Positions 19,296-30,215 of a DNA stretch of 64,000 nt are shown here, piece after piece (position 1 is the first letter of the stretch; each line of letters opens with the position of its first letter). Origin of the DNA: Promethearchaeota archaeon (GTDB lineage: Archaea; Asgardarchaeota; Heimdallarchaeia; Hodarchaeales; Hodarchaeaceae); the NCBI GenBank assembly GCA_048938105.1, contig JBHLMN010000009.1, forward strand, positions 169,270 through 233,269. Reading direction: 5' to 3'. A program made the position numbers and the translations under genes. Under the pieces are notes generated by a model. It ran no database searches and was not told the origin of the DNA. It saw only the letters and a program-made list of their open reading frames with translations.

Positions 19296-22200
19296 ATGAA
19301 TATGACTACAGATTTATATAATCAATTAGGGCTTACAGCAGAAGAGGGTCAAGTCTACACTATTATTGTTTCTAAATCGGTGCGAACGGCCGAAGAAATT
19401 ATGATATTAGCTAGTGATCTAGATCTTGAAGCTATTCAAGACGCCTTAGATGGATTAGAAAAAAGAAAATTCATAAGAGTTATCCCAGGAAAGGTGCCAC
19501 AATACATCGCATTGGCTCCAGCAATCGCTGTAACTAGTGAAATTGACCTTCAAGTAGAAAGCGAATTAAACCAAATTCAGGAAGAAATCAAAAATCGATG
19601 GGAAGAAGGGCAAAAAGAACTAATTAATATAGTAAGTGATCTCCAGAAAGGGCCAGATTTAGTCTTAAAATCCGAAAAAGAATTTCAATCTCATATTCAG
19701 GCTTATTTAGAGCGAATGAAAACTAAAACTACTGAAGTTCAACAACAAATCAAAAGTCAAATCTCAAATCAAAACCAGAAAAATTCTGAAAAGCTAGAGA
19801 ATTTAATTACCGAATTTTCTAACAATTTGGAAACTGAACTCAATAGAAATACTATTCAACTTGAAGCTGATCTTAAAAATGCTAAAGAATCTCAGGTAGA
19901 AGAAAGAAAACAGCACGTTGACAGAATAAATGAAATCTATTCAGAAAGAATTGAAAGTTTGAATGCTCTTTCCTCTCAGATGAGGCAAACGATCCAAACA
20001 CTTCAGAATCAAGTTGTAAATACAACGGAGAACTTAAACTCAACCGTTTCAACTATCAACGAACAAATCAACGGAAATATTAAACAAAATAAACTTTCAG
20101 GAAGAGATAACCTTAGTTCAATTGGAGGAGAAATGACCAAAAAAGCTTCTGATAGGTTGGCTATAATCAGGCAACAAATTGAAGCAATACAGACGGAGCT
20201 CATTAATCTAGGTGAAGATTCATTAAGATCTATCCAGGAAATGGTTCAGGATTTCAGTGAGTGGGCCTCTAAAAGCTCTCTTTCGGTTATAGATTCAGCA
20301 AATGAGGCTAGTGAAAATCTTTGGAATAAGTTACTAGAAATGTTTCATTCATTAGTAGGAATCAGTAATAGACTAGATGAAGCCAAAGAAAAATTAAACT
20401 CAGAAAATATAACATTAGTTTTAACTGAAGTTTTAATGAATGCCAAAGAAGAGTTGATTAGAGGATCAAAGGCATTTAAATCTATTCAGACAAAAGGATT
20501 GATGGATATAAACACAGATGTAACCACCCAAATATCTTATTTCCAAGAAAAAATAAGCTCTGATATTTCTCAGTTATTTCAAGAATTAGAGGAATCTATT
20601 CAAACACAATATAATAAGGGAATAAAAGAGTTACTAAAATTAGAAGCTGATATCTCTTCCCTCTTGGAAGAAAATGGAACTGTTATTGTGCAAGAAAGCT
20701 CAGAGACAATAAAAAAAATAATACAAGATCTAAAACAACAGACTCAACCATTAGTAGAGTTAAATTCCAATTCTTTCTTGGAAATGATAGAATTAGTGTC
20801 TAATACTGAGAAAACGCTTGAAGAGGATTCTGAATTAAATCTAATTGATATAATAACGGTTATAGACGAATTACACCTAAGAATAAGTGAAACACTTTCT
20901 GAAAGAAGTAATAAACTCTCTGAATCTTTGCAATATCTTCAAAATGTTGCGAATGAGGAATTTTCTTCTTTTGGGTCTTCGGCAAACATGATGCTTGGCC
21001 AAATGCAGTCAACGCTAACAGAAAATGTCGCTGCTAGAACAGAAGAAATCACCCAAAACTTTGATGTCATTAGTCGAGTGTCAGAGGATTTAAACCGAAT
21101 CTCAAAAAATTCTCAGAATGAAATTTCAAGGATTCTTGACCAATTTAAAACTAATATAGAGGCCGGAAATCAAACAATTTCCGAAACATTTGATCAGGAT
21201 ATTTCTAATCTCGCTATGGACGTTACAGAAGTTAGTGAAGCGGCAAAAAACGAGCAAGAAGAACAAATTATTGCTTCAAAAGAACGATTAAAATCTCTCT
21301 CTGAAAAAATAGAGAAATCAACATTGGAACTGAGTCGTAATATCCCTACTCAACTTGAGGAATACCAAGCAAGACATACTGATGATTTCAACACCTTTGA
21401 TCGAGCGGTAAAAGCTGAACTCAACAAGATTAGAACTCGTTTGACTGAAATAAATACTGAGGTTGGTGAAAGATTAAGTAAAAGAGTCAGTCTAGGGAAA
21501 GGAGGTTTCCAAGATATCGAGAAGATTGTTACTTCTGCAATGAAAGATTTCGAGAGTGCTCAGAAGCGTACAGAAAAGTTGATCGATGATCAGATTAACA
21601 ACTTCAAGATTTCAAGTGATTCATTTGCTTCCACAATAAACACGACTTTAAATACACAAAATTTAGAAATTCAGAGGTTAATGGATACTATTGAAGAGGA
21701 TCTAGTATATTCGATAAATTCTTCTTACAAATTGACATTGAAAAATATCTCAGATTTTTCAGATCGAGTAAAAGAGAGATATAACACACGAAAAGCTAAT
21801 CTTATTGACCAATTAGGGTTTCTTCTCTCGACTATTTCAGCTTCACTTGATGAAAGTCTTAAACAAAGTCTTATTAAAGAATTTAATGAGCTAAATACAT
21901 CCCTAGGACAATTAGATCAAACAAGTCAAGCTCCACAAGAACTGGAAGCAATTCTTAATGCTGAAGTGGAAAATTTCATCCAAAACCTTCAACTTGCTTT
22001 TCAATCTGCAAGTGAGTCTGGAGGAGCACGAATTGCAGAAGTAATTAACGAATTTATAATTTCTGAGATAAATAAGACCTTTACTAGTCTCAAAATTCAA
22101 TCCGACCTTTCTAATCTCAAAGAAGTTATGTCTTCTCATTGGAAATTGACTTCTCAAAAGGTAAGTTCCATCCTTTCTCAACTCAATGAAGAACTGGACA

Positions 22201-23912
22201 AAAAATCAAATACATTTCTAGAATCGACAAGGAACAACTTGCAAAATGTAATTAAAGTCTTAGAAGAAGCACAAACTCACTTAAAGACGATTATAGATAC
22301 AAAAATCCAAGCTGTAAATTCGTCTCAAAAAGAAAAATATCAAGAAATTCCTACTAGTTTAGAGGAAAATGGTAAGGAAATCATTACTAACCTAGACATA
22401 ACTAATGAAAAACTTCAAGATTCTATGAAAACTATTACTGAAACCACTAATGAGTCGATCAAAAAAATCTCCACACAAATTATAGCGACCACAGATGAAC
22501 AGTTGAATGATATTCGTTCTCTTCTCACTAGGATTGAGGAAACCTCAGTTCAAGTGGTAACAGATATTAAAGAACAATACAACAATTCAAAAGAAGTTAT
22601 TGATAACTTAAAGTCCGAGAGCTTAAATCATATCAAGACAATTGAACAACAAGCTTCATCTGAAAGAACAGAGTTTATAGATCAAGTTGAAAAGATTAAT
22701 ATCAGATTGGAAAGCGAAATAAATAGCTTAAAATCAAAAGTTACTGAATTAGACAAAAATTTCCCACAAAAGAAGACTCAAATGGAGAAAGAGATTCAAA
22801 AAGCAATCGAAATATTTAGTTCTAATGTTCAAGATATTTTTTTAAAAATGCAATCGGATATTAATTCTGGTAAGATTCAATTAAGTCAAAATGTTGACCA
22901 TTTGTATCAGGATTTTCAAGCTTCTCTTGAAACATTTGTCGCAACTGCTCAAAATTTTATTTCATCTTTGAACAGTCGTCATGATTCACTTCTAAACCAA
23001 ACCAGTGATTTCTTAGATGATAGAGTCACGAATAGTATAAATACTTTGGAAATAGAGAAAAAAACCATTACAGACCGCCAACAAATATTATTCAAAGAAA
23101 TTGATCAAAATCTTACCAGTTTTTCGAACACTTATAGTCAAATAATAACTGATAGTATGGAAGTAATCTCAACCAATTTGCAGGAAAACATCACAGAAAT
23201 TCAGAATATGGTTAATGAAGGGAGTAGTTCTTATTATGACGACATTGATTCTATACTTACAGAGACTTATTCCTTCTTGGAATTAGAAAGTCAAGAAATA
23301 TCTAAAATATTAGAACATGATATATTGAATCTTGTTTCAGAAGTTGATAAAAAGGCAACACAGACACAAGACACAATTTCAAGTGACCTTACACGAATTA
23401 TTAGAACAATTCCAGAGAAAATTGGCTCAGGACTGACAAAAAGCAAAACATTAATGTCATCAATTTCTGATATTCAGAAGATTGCAATGGAAGTCCCAAT
23501 AGCAAGCGTTGAGGAGACTTATCTCCAAACTCAACCTGTAGAAAGAGTTATGCTAACTCTCGAAGCAATGTTAAATCGAACGAAAAGTACTATTCAAATT
23601 ATGGTACCTAAGCTATCGATGATTCCTTGGGACTTACTACAACAAGCAGGAACTCGACGACGAATACAGATTCTTACTAATGTCGATTCCCAAGAAACGG
23701 CTGCAAAAATTACTCAAGAGCTCGGTAATGTCCAATTAAAACACTACGAAAACGTGGAAGTCTATGCTTTTGCGAGAGACGGTACAGAAGAGGCTGCGAT
23801 CGGTTCCGATGATATCAGTGGAGTACAATTGATTATTACAACGGACAGTCGCCTTATTGGAGTTCTAAAAGAAATCATACAAGATTTATGGCCCCGAGGA
23901 AAAACAGTTTAA
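19296..23912 (+). CDS. Giant TrmB-family protein: N-terminal wHTH, about 1300-aa helical coiled-coil, C-terminal TrmB/PLD-like domain
   Basis: LGLTAEEGQVY...LEKRKFI...PQYIALAP (TrmB HTH); E/S/Q/L/I/K-rich helical middle; C-terminal AMLNRTKSTIQIMVP...FARDGTEEAAIG. Confidence 0.82.
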   Translation: MNMTTDLYNQLGLTAEEGQVYTIIVSKSVRTAEEIMILASDLDLEAIQDALDGLEKRKFIRVIPGKVPQYIALAPAIAVTSEIDLQVESELNQIQEEIKNRWEEGQKELINIVSDLQKGPDLVLKSEKEFQSHIQAYLERMKTKTTEVQQQIKSQISNQNQKNSEKLENLITEFSNNLETELNRNTIQLEADLKNAKESQVEERKQHVDRINEIYSERIESLNALSSQMRQTIQTLQNQVVNTTENLNSTVSTINEQINGNIKQNKLSGRDNLSSIGGEMTKKASDRLAIIRQQIEAIQTELINLGEDSLRSIQEMVQDFSEWASKSSLSVIDSANEASENLWNKLLEMFHSLVGISNRLDEAKEKLNSENITLVLTEVLMNAKEELIRGSKAFKSIQTKGLMDINTDVTTQISYFQEKISSDISQLFQELEESIQTQYNKGIKELLKLEADISSLLEENGTVIVQESSETIKKIIQDLKQQTQPLVELNSNSFLEMIELVSNTEKTLEEDSELNLIDIITVIDELHLRISETLSERSNKLSESLQYLQNVANEEFSSFGSSANMMLGQMQSTLTENVAARTEEITQNFDVISRVSEDLNRISKNSQNEISRILDQFKTNIEAGNQTISETFDQDISNLAMDVTEVSEAAKNEQEEQIIASKERLKSLSEKIEKSTLELSRNIPTQLEEYQARHTDDFNTFDRAVKAELNKIRTRLTEINTEVGERLSKRVSLGKGGFQDIEKIVTSAMKDFESAQKRTEKLIDDQINNFKISSDSFASTINTTLNTQNLEIQRLMDTIEEDLVYSINSSYKLTLKNISDFSDRVKERYNTRKANLIDQLGFLLSTISASLDESLKQSLIKEFNELNTSLGQLDQTSQAPQELEAILNAEVENFIQNLQLAFQSASESGGARIAEVINEFIISEINKTFTSLKIQSDLSNLKEVMSSHWKLTSQKVSSILSQLNEELDKKSNTFLESTRNNLQNVIKVLEEAQTHLKTIIDTKIQAVNSSQKEKYQEIPTSLEENGKEIITNLDITNEKLQDSMKTITETTNESIKKISTQIIATTDEQLNDIRSLLTRIEETSVQVVTDIKEQYNNSKEVIDNLKSESLNHIKTIEQQASSERTEFIDQVEKINIRLESEINSLKSKVTELDKNFPQKKTQMEKEIQKAIEIFSSNVQDIFLKMQSDINSGKIQLSQNVDHLYQDFQASLETFVATAQNFISSLNSRHDSLLNQTSDFLDDRVTNSINTLEIEKKTITDRQQILFKEIDQNLTSFSNTYSQIITDSMEVISTNLQENITEIQNMVNEGSSSYYDDIDSILTETYSFLELESQEISKILEHDILNLVSEVDKKATQTQDTISSDLTRIIRTIPEKIGSGLTKSKTLMSSISDIQKIAMEVPIASVEETYLQTQPVERVMLTLEAMLNRTKSTIQIMVPKLSMIPWDLLQQAGTRRRIQILTNVDSQETAAKITQELGNVQLKHYENVEVYAFARDGTEEAAIGSDDISGVQLIITTDSRLIGVLKEIIQDLWPRGKTV

Positions 23913-23945
23913 ATTGAAATTGTTATTATCAAAATAATACGGTTT

Positions 23946-24899
23946 ATGATAATGGCTGATGTAATAGCTATAGGAGAACTCTTGATTGATCTAATCGCGG
24001 ATAATCCGTCAGCACGTATGGAGGATCAAACCACATTTAAACGATTTGCTGGAGGAGCTCCAGCAAATTTTATTGTTGGAATAAAAAAATTAGGATTTTC
24101 AGCTGGTTTGATTTCAAAAGTCGGAGATGACTTCTTCGGACGTTTCTTAATTGAAACTTTAGAAAAGGAAGGGATCGATATCAGTCAAATTATCATAACT
24201 AATGAATATAAGACTGCTCTAGCGTTTGTAGGTCTAGATGAATTAAAAAGACCTTCTTTTTCATTTTATCGATCTCCATGCGCAGATATCATGTTAAAAG
24301 AATCAGAAATTAATACAGGGTATATAAAGTCAGCAAAACTTTTAATGTATGGAACAGTCTCAATAGCGGATGAACCAGCTAGGTCCGCAGTAAAAAAGGC
24401 CGTTCATGTCGCAAAACAAAACGATGTGTTAGTCGCTTGTGATCCAAATCTTCGAGATGATCTCTGGCATCATCAAGATCCGCGAGAGTATTTACTTGAA
24501 TTATTAGAAATGACAGATATTTTTCTACCATCTTTGAGTGAAGTTGAATTAATTACTGGAAAAAAGGAAGAAAAAGCGATTGAAGCAATTTTTGAAATTG
24601 GCCCAAAGGTAATAGGTGTAACTTCAGGTGAGAAAGGTTCAAGAATTATTACCAAGGAAAAAACATTTTTTGCACCTTCTTTTAATGTTCCTGTTATGGA
24701 CACAACAGGCGCAGGTGATGCCTTTGCGGCTGGCATGATCACAGGACTTCTTTTAAAGTTAAATATGAATAATATCCCCTATTTTGCCAATGCTGTATCA
24801 GCTTTGAAAATTATGAAAAAAGGAGCAATGTCTTTACCCACGATGAAGGAAGTAACAGATTTTTTAAAACAAAGAAAGATAAGAATATCGAATTTGTGA
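23946..24899 (+). CDS. PfkB-family carbohydrate kinase (fructokinase-like)
   Basis: IGELLID, GGAPAN, DPNLR and DTTGAGDAF. Confidence 0.93.
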   Translation: MIMADVIAIGELLIDLIADNPSARMEDQTTFKRFAGGAPANFIVGIKKLGFSAGLISKVGDDFFGRFLIETLEKEGIDISQIIITNEYKTALAFVGLDELKRPSFSFYRSPCADIMLKESEINTGYIKSAKLLMYGTVSIADEPARSAVKKAVHVAKQNDVLVACDPNLRDDLWHHQDPREYLLELLEMTDIFLPSLSEVELITGKKEEKAIEAIFEIGPKVIGVTSGEKGSRIITKEKTFFAPSFNVPVMDTTGAGDAFAAGMITGLLLKLNMNNIPYFANAVSALKIMKKGAMSLPTMKEVTDFLKQRKIRISNL

Positions 24900-24946
24900 G
24901 TAGTAAGCAAGAATAATGATTCTTAGGCTTTTAATTAGGTAGGGGT

Positions 24947-26140
24947 ATGAAATTCAAAGAGAAATCAACTGATGATAATATGTTAGACCTTACTTTGAGT
25001 GAAATGAATCGTTTAGTTTTATACAAACAGCATTTAGTAAATGAATCAAGAACTAAGAATATTGTTAAAATAGTAAAGGAGATTGGTGGGTTACATGCCA
25101 CCAGTACCAAGGTTCCATACCAGTCCCTATTTGCTAGAATACCTAATTTTTCAAAAAAAGATCTAGATGAAGAGCTACTTGTTAAAAGAAATTTGGGTAA
25201 GATTCGGAGTATTCGAGGAACACTTTATATTTTCCCTAAAGAAGTTATCCCAATAATTCATGTCGCAACAAACAAAATCGTTGAATCACAATCTAGAAAA
25301 GCTTTAGAATTTAGGGGGATCTCATCTGATAAATATAAAGAGATTTCAGAATCAATAATTAGTATCTTAAGAGACAAAAAAGAAGAAATGAGTGCTTCGG
25401 AAATAAAAAAAGCTCTTCAAGTAAACTATGAGTCGATTTCGTATATTTTGTATTTAATGTGTGATCAAGCATTATTGATAAGAAGTAGTCCCCGTAAGTA
25501 TACCTCTTTCAACGTATATTTCCCAGATATTGATTTTTCTCAAATTGACGAGGAACAAGCGATTACTCAGTTAGTACAATATTATTTAACTGCATTTGGC
25601 CCTGTTTCTGAAAATGATGCAGTATGGTGGACTGGATTATCTAAAACAAACATAATCCAGGCTTTAAATCATATTCAAGATCGAATTTTGTATGTCAAAA
25701 TAACAAATCTTAACACGGATCTTATGATGTTAGCTTCTGATAAAGATATGATAGATTCCATACCTAGTTCTAAAAACCAAATAGTAAATTTCTTACCAAT
25801 GCTAGATCCATATATAATGGGATATAAAGAACGTGATAGATATATCAGTTCAGCGCGTTATAATTTCGTTTTTGATCGTACTGGAAACGCTACATCCTCA
25901 ATTTTACTCAATGGAAGAATTATCGGAGTTTGGGATGTTTTCCAAGGTGGTAAACCACAATTAAAGCTATTTCTCTTTGAAAAAACTGAAAAAAATATAA
26001 AAAATGAAATAAAAATACAAGCAAAGAGGCTTGGAAGGTTCATTACCAATAAAGACGTTTTAATACAAGAATGTGACTCTATGATTCCACTAACAGAGAG
26101 ATCAGCAGGATCATTCATGTCACCTCTCAAAGAGTTTTAA
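24947..26140 (+). CDS. HTH_42 winged-helix protein (AlkZ/YcaQ-like DNA glycosylase family)
   Basis: GGLHAT..PYQSLFAR, IRGTLY, YLTAFGPVS..D..WWTGL, FLPMLDPYIMGYKER and GRIIGVW. Confidence 0.85.
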   Translation: MKFKEKSTDDNMLDLTLSEMNRLVLYKQHLVNESRTKNIVKIVKEIGGLHATSTKVPYQSLFARIPNFSKKDLDEELLVKRNLGKIRSIRGTLYIFPKEVIPIIHVATNKIVESQSRKALEFRGISSDKYKEISESIISILRDKKEEMSASEIKKALQVNYESISYILYLMCDQALLIRSSPRKYTSFNVYFPDIDFSQIDEEQAITQLVQYYLTAFGPVSENDAVWWTGLSKTNIIQALNHIQDRILYVKITNLNTDLMMLASDKDMIDSIPSSKNQIVNFLPMLDPYIMGYKERDRYISSARYNFVFDRTGNATSSILLNGRIIGVWDVFQGGKPQLKLFLFEKTEKNIKNEIKIQAKRLGRFITNKDVLIQECDSMIPLTERSAGSFMSPLKEF

Positions 26141-26166
26141 ATAGAATTTTGAAAATATATAACTTC

Positions 26167-27207
26167 TTACGATTTGAATTTTAGCTTACTGAATTTCTTC
26201 AATACAAAACAAGCTCTGAATGTTAACCATTTAGAAGGTGATTTCTTAGCTTCAATATCAACCAACATTGGATTTCTGAAATTATTTTCATTTATCCAAT
26301 ATCCCGAAGGATTCATTCGATTAATTACCAAATTAACAGCTTCTTCAATCTCAGGACACTTGCAAGAATTGGTTTTTGCCAACCAATAAAGAGTTTCAAG
26401 CGCGTCTGAAGTGTAAGAATGAGGAAAGCCAAATCTTGTCCAACTGCTTTTAACAATCGTTTTCTTCAACTTCTCGGTTTGCTTTAACATTCGAGCCTTG
26501 ATTTGACGAATTTCAGTTGTTTTTTTTCCTTTTATTGCGTTATAATACTCTCTAGCTCCAATTGGAACATATTTAAAGACTTTATTTTCAACAATTCTCT
26601 TTCTAATAATTTTCATTACTTGTTGAACATCTGAAGAATGATACTTCTCATCTAAGAAAGAATACATTGCAAGTACCTTTGTGAGAGACATCTGACAATC
26701 AGGTAGTAGGGTATAGATTGGATCAATACATACGACACTCTGATGCTCCAGAACATGTTGCGTAATCATATCGATTCCTTTCTGGACACGTTCATCATTT
26801 TGATACCCAAAATAAATAAGCGAACGAAGAATATTCGCTGATAAACACATTAACGGTTTTTTGAATCCTATTTTATGAGGGAACCCACCATCGGGCAACT
26901 GGTATGAGAAAATATTCTCAGATGCTAATTGAATAGCCTCTGACAATCGATTAGCGCTTAAATCACAGAGAAAAATGAATTGCCAGTAATTTCCTGTATA
27001 TTTCTTGTAAGGATTCTTTGGGTCAGACCAAGTACCGTCTGGTTTCAGTAAAGAGAGAATAGTCTTAATAGGGAGATAATTATTTACTTGCGCTAATTCA
27101 GTTTTCGTGGGTTTATTATTCTGTAGATATTCTTTTGTTAAATTTCTCACCGGAGGATTATTTTCTTCTAGGAGCCAATGGAGGGTTTCTTGGGGGATTA
27201 TTACCAT
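26167..27207 (-). CDS. Alpha/alpha-barrel prenyltransferase/squalene-oxidase-repeat-like hypothetical protein
   Basis: WLLEENNPPVR, QLPDGGF, FGFPHSYTSDALE and SKWLTFRA; probable start MVIIPQ at 27207. Confidence 0.75.
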   Translation of the reverse strand: MVIIPQETLHWLLEENNPPVRNLTKEYLQNNKPTKTELAQVNNYLPIKTILSLLKPDGTWSDPKNPYKKYTGNYWQFIFLCDLSANRLSEAIQLASENIFSYQLPDGGFPHKIGFKKPLMCLSANILRSLIYFGYQNDERVQKGIDMITQHVLEHQSVVCIDPIYTLLPDCQMSLTKVLAMYSFLDEKYHSSDVQQVMKIIRKRIVENKVFKYVPIGAREYYNAIKGKKTTEIRQIKARMLKQTEKLKKTIVKSSWTRFGFPHSYTSDALETLYWLAKTNSCKCPEIEEAVNLVINRMNPSGYWINENNFRNPMLVDIEAKKSPSKWLTFRACFVLKKFSKLKFKS

Positions 27208-27402
27208 TTGAATTTCTCCAAATGTTTTTTTATTTAAAAACCTTCCATAAAGGCAAAAGAACGAGATCCCACCTATATTCGTCATATAGATGTTGATTTC
27301 TAAAAGAATAATATCAAGACAAAAAAAACTTTTGAATTTGCCCTGTTGGAAAGTATTAAAAATACCTAAAATCATGAAAACTAAAAATTTAATTTAAGTG
27401 AA

Positions 27403-27903
27403 TTGAAAATGGGCTCTTCAAATCTTGGAAAATATCATTTATGGGCAGGTAATGAATCTAGAAAACAATTAAGAAAATTGAATGCAGAAGAGTTTTCACA
27501 AAACCTTGGACCAATAATTGGAAGTATTAGAGGAAAAGTAGAGCATATCATATTAGCAATAGAATCTTGTATAAGTAGAATCAGTAATGATTCTAATTCT
27601 CCTGAAGAAATAATTAATCGGATCAGATCTATGTCAATGAAGGAATTATTAAAACATTGGGAACAAAGAGACAATGAAATTGCCAATAGCCTTCAACAAA
27701 CCGCCAGGAAGACTATAACAATAAAAAGAATGGATGGGAGCTCTTTTATTATGAGTAGAAATGATTTCTACCTTCAATATGTTCTACATACAGTTTACCA
27801 TAGGGGTCAACTTAACTACTGTTTAAAAGAGTTGAATAAAGAGAGAATTGAAGCAGATTATCTCTATTTTTTTGATGAGTTGAATATTCAACAAGAAAAC
27901 TAG
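27403..27903 (+). CDS. DinB-family protein
   Basis: YHLWA, SIRGKVEHI and HTVYHRGQL. Confidence 0.85.
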   Translation: MKMGSSNLGKYHLWAGNESRKQLRKLNAEEFSQNLGPIIGSIRGKVEHIILAIESCISRISNDSNSPEEIINRIRSMSMKELLKHWEQRDNEIANSLQQTARKTITIKRMDGSSFIMSRNDFYLQYVLHTVYHRGQLNYCLKELNKERIEADYLYFFDELNIQQEN

Positions 27904-27923
27904 GATGATTGTTGGTGATTTAG

Positions 27924-28397
27924 ATGATCCAAGTTCGACGTGCAAGTTTAAATGATATAAATTCATTAGTTCGCTTTAGAACAGCTTTATTTAAAGAAAT
28001 GAAATTGTTAGAGGGAGAACAACAAGAAAAATCTTTTCAAAAAGCCTGTAAAGACTATTTCTATGAATTCATTCCCAAACAAAAATTCTTGTCATGGATT
28101 GCAGAAAATGATGGTGAAATTATAGCGGTTAGTGGCGTAGTATTTTTTCAGAAACCTCCCTCACCAGGAAATAATACTGGAAAAGAAGCCTATATAATGA
28201 ATATGTATACATTAACTGAATGGCGAAAGAAGGGGATAGCATCAAAATTGCTAGAAGAAATTATTGGCTTTTTAAAAAGGAAAGGTATCACTTCTATTAG
28301 TTTACACACTACAGAAGTTGGGAAAAGTGTATATGAGAAAATAGGTTTTACCCTTGTGAATACAGAGATGAAATTAACTATCAAACACAACCAATGA
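27924..28397 (+). CDS. GNAT N-acetyltransferase
   Basis: YIMNMYT..EWRKKGIAS and VYEKIGF. Confidence 0.9.
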   Translation: MIQVRRASLNDINSLVRFRTALFKEMKLLEGEQQEKSFQKACKDYFYEFIPKQKFLSWIAENDGEIIAVSGVVFFQKPPSPGNNTGKEAYIMNMYTLTEWRKKGIASKLLEEIIGFLKRKGITSISLHTTEVGKSVYEKIGFTLVNTEMKLTIKHNQ

Positions 28398-28443
28398 ACC
28401 AAAAAATTAATGATTCTTATCTTACAATAAGAGAATTATCAGT

Positions 28444-30213
28444 TTAATCTGATGATTCTTTAATAGAAATATGAGCTGATAACAAGTCAGTATGTAATTT
28501 AATTAGGAATAGTTTATCCATTTTTAAAATCTCACGATCATACGTGTAATACCCATTAATTTCTCCTTCAATATCAGTTAACTGGGTATAGACAGCAGCA
28601 GTCAGCCCTTGGTTAATTAATGGTTTTAGTTTCATCATTAATTGCTTATATTTCCTTTGTAATTCTGCGATAGTATTTGATTTACTATAAGACCAATAGA
28701 TCCTTTTTCCTGTCCAATAGTGATCATTAATTTTCATTCCAAGGCCTCCAAATTCACCCAATACCGCTGCACGGGTAGAATCAATTTGTAATGCTGGTCC
28801 TGGGTATTTATGTATGTCTTTAATATCGCCTACATTCTTATCGAACCAACCACTTGCAGCATTAACAAGTCGTGTTTGATCCTGTTCATTTATTTGTTTC
28901 ACAATTCTTTCAGTCTCAAATTGACCCCATCCTTCGTTGAAAGGTATCCAAACCACAATAGAGGGATAATTGTACAAGTAATTAATCATCTCTAACAATT
29001 CTTTTCTAAACTGTTTCCTTATTTCTTTACATCTTCGTCCTCTAGACATAAACTTAAAGGTCAATAAACTGAAAGCCCCACCATTAGGCATATCTTGCCA
29101 CACTAATAACCCGATTTTATCACACCAATAATACCATCTAGCAGGTTCCACTTTGACATGCTTTCTGGTCATGTTAAAACCTAATTCTTTTGTTATTTCT
29201 ATATCATAGCGTAATGCTTCGTCTGTAGGGGCGGTGTACAATCCATCTGGCCAATATCCCTGATCTAATGGGCCAAACTGAAATAATTGTTCATTATTTA
29301 AAAAAATATGAGGAATCTCTTTTTCATCTAATTGTACTTCGATCTTTCTCATGCCAAAATAACTTTCTACACAGTCTAATGATTTATTTTCTGCAATGAG
29401 CGTTAATTTAAGGTCATAAAGATGAGGAAACTTAGGACTCCACAATTTTGGTTGGGGTATAGCTATGGAGAATTCATTTTCTCCTTCTATAGATAGAGTT
29501 TTTTTACCCTCCTCTAATACCTCAATAATTACTTTCTGTTCGGACTGCATATTATTAATATGGACTTTTAGATTGACCAACTGGTTATCAATGTCTGAAG
29601 TAACTTTAATTGATTCAATATATGATACTGGGACAGGTTCCAACCATACTGTTTGCCAAATACCTGAAATTGCTGTATAAAAAACAAAAGACGGCCTTAA
29701 TGATTGTTTCCCTCGCTCTTGTCTGCCTTTATTTGTTGGATCCCAGACTATAACTTCCAGTTCATTTTTTTCTTCATATGTAATAAAATCAGAAATATCA
29801 AAGGAGAAAGGAATAAAACCCCCTTTATGAGAACCTACCTCTATTCCATTAATCTTTAATTTGGCTTCCCAATCAACGGCTCCAAAGTGGATAAGAATTC
29901 TTTTTGATTTCCAGGCCTGGGGAACTGAAAAGAATCTTCTATAGAACAGTTGTTGTTTATGACCTAATTTCTTTTTTACTCCAGATAAAGCGGATTCAAG
30001 AGGAAAGGGAACTAGAATCTTCCCATCGTATGAATTAACTTCTGATTGCGTTTTTGGACGAATTGCATAATCCCAAAGCCCATTAAGATTCAGCCACTCT
30101 TTTCGACAAAGTTGTGGTCTAGGATATTCAGGTAACGGGTTTAAAGGGTCGAGATCTTTTCCCCAACGGGTAATTAATTGGCCTGGAACAGGTTGCCAGT
30201 CTTGAGAACTCAA
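28444..30213 (-). CDS. Glycoside hydrolase family 2 (beta-galactosidase/galactofuranosidase-like)
   Basis: [61 protein letters not shown] and GEFGG. Confidence 0.92.
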   Translation of the reverse strand: MSSQDWQPVPGQLITRWGKDLDPLNPLPEYPRPQLCRKEWLNLNGLWDYAIRPKTQSEVNSYDGKILVPFPLESALSGVKKKLGHKQQLFYRRFFSVPQAWKSKRILIHFGAVDWEAKLKINGIEVGSHKGGFIPFSFDISDFITYEEKNELEVIVWDPTNKGRQERGKQSLRPSFVFYTAISGIWQTVWLEPVPVSYIESIKVTSDIDNQLVNLKVHINNMQSEQKVIIEVLEEGKKTLSIEGENEFSIAIPQPKLWSPKFPHLYDLKLTLIAENKSLDCVESYFGMRKIEVQLDEKEIPHIFLNNEQLFQFGPLDQGYWPDGLYTAPTDEALRYDIEITKELGFNMTRKHVKVEPARWYYWCDKIGLLVWQDMPNGGAFSLLTFKFMSRGRRCKEIRKQFRKELLEMINYLYNYPSIVVWIPFNEGWGQFETERIVKQINEQDQTRLVNAASGWFDKNVGDIKDIHKYPGPALQIDSTRAAVLGEFGGLGMKINDHYWTGKRIYWSYSKSNTIAELQRKYKQLMMKLKPLINQGLTAAVYTQLTDIEGEINGYYTYDREILKMDKLFLIKLHTDLLSAHISIKESSD

Positions 30214-30215
30214 TT

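Noticed and set aside
27208-27375. 56-aa N-terminal extension of ORF 26167-27375
   Set aside because: Covers the divergent promoter region; an SD-like GGAGA precedes ATG 27207 where family similarity begins
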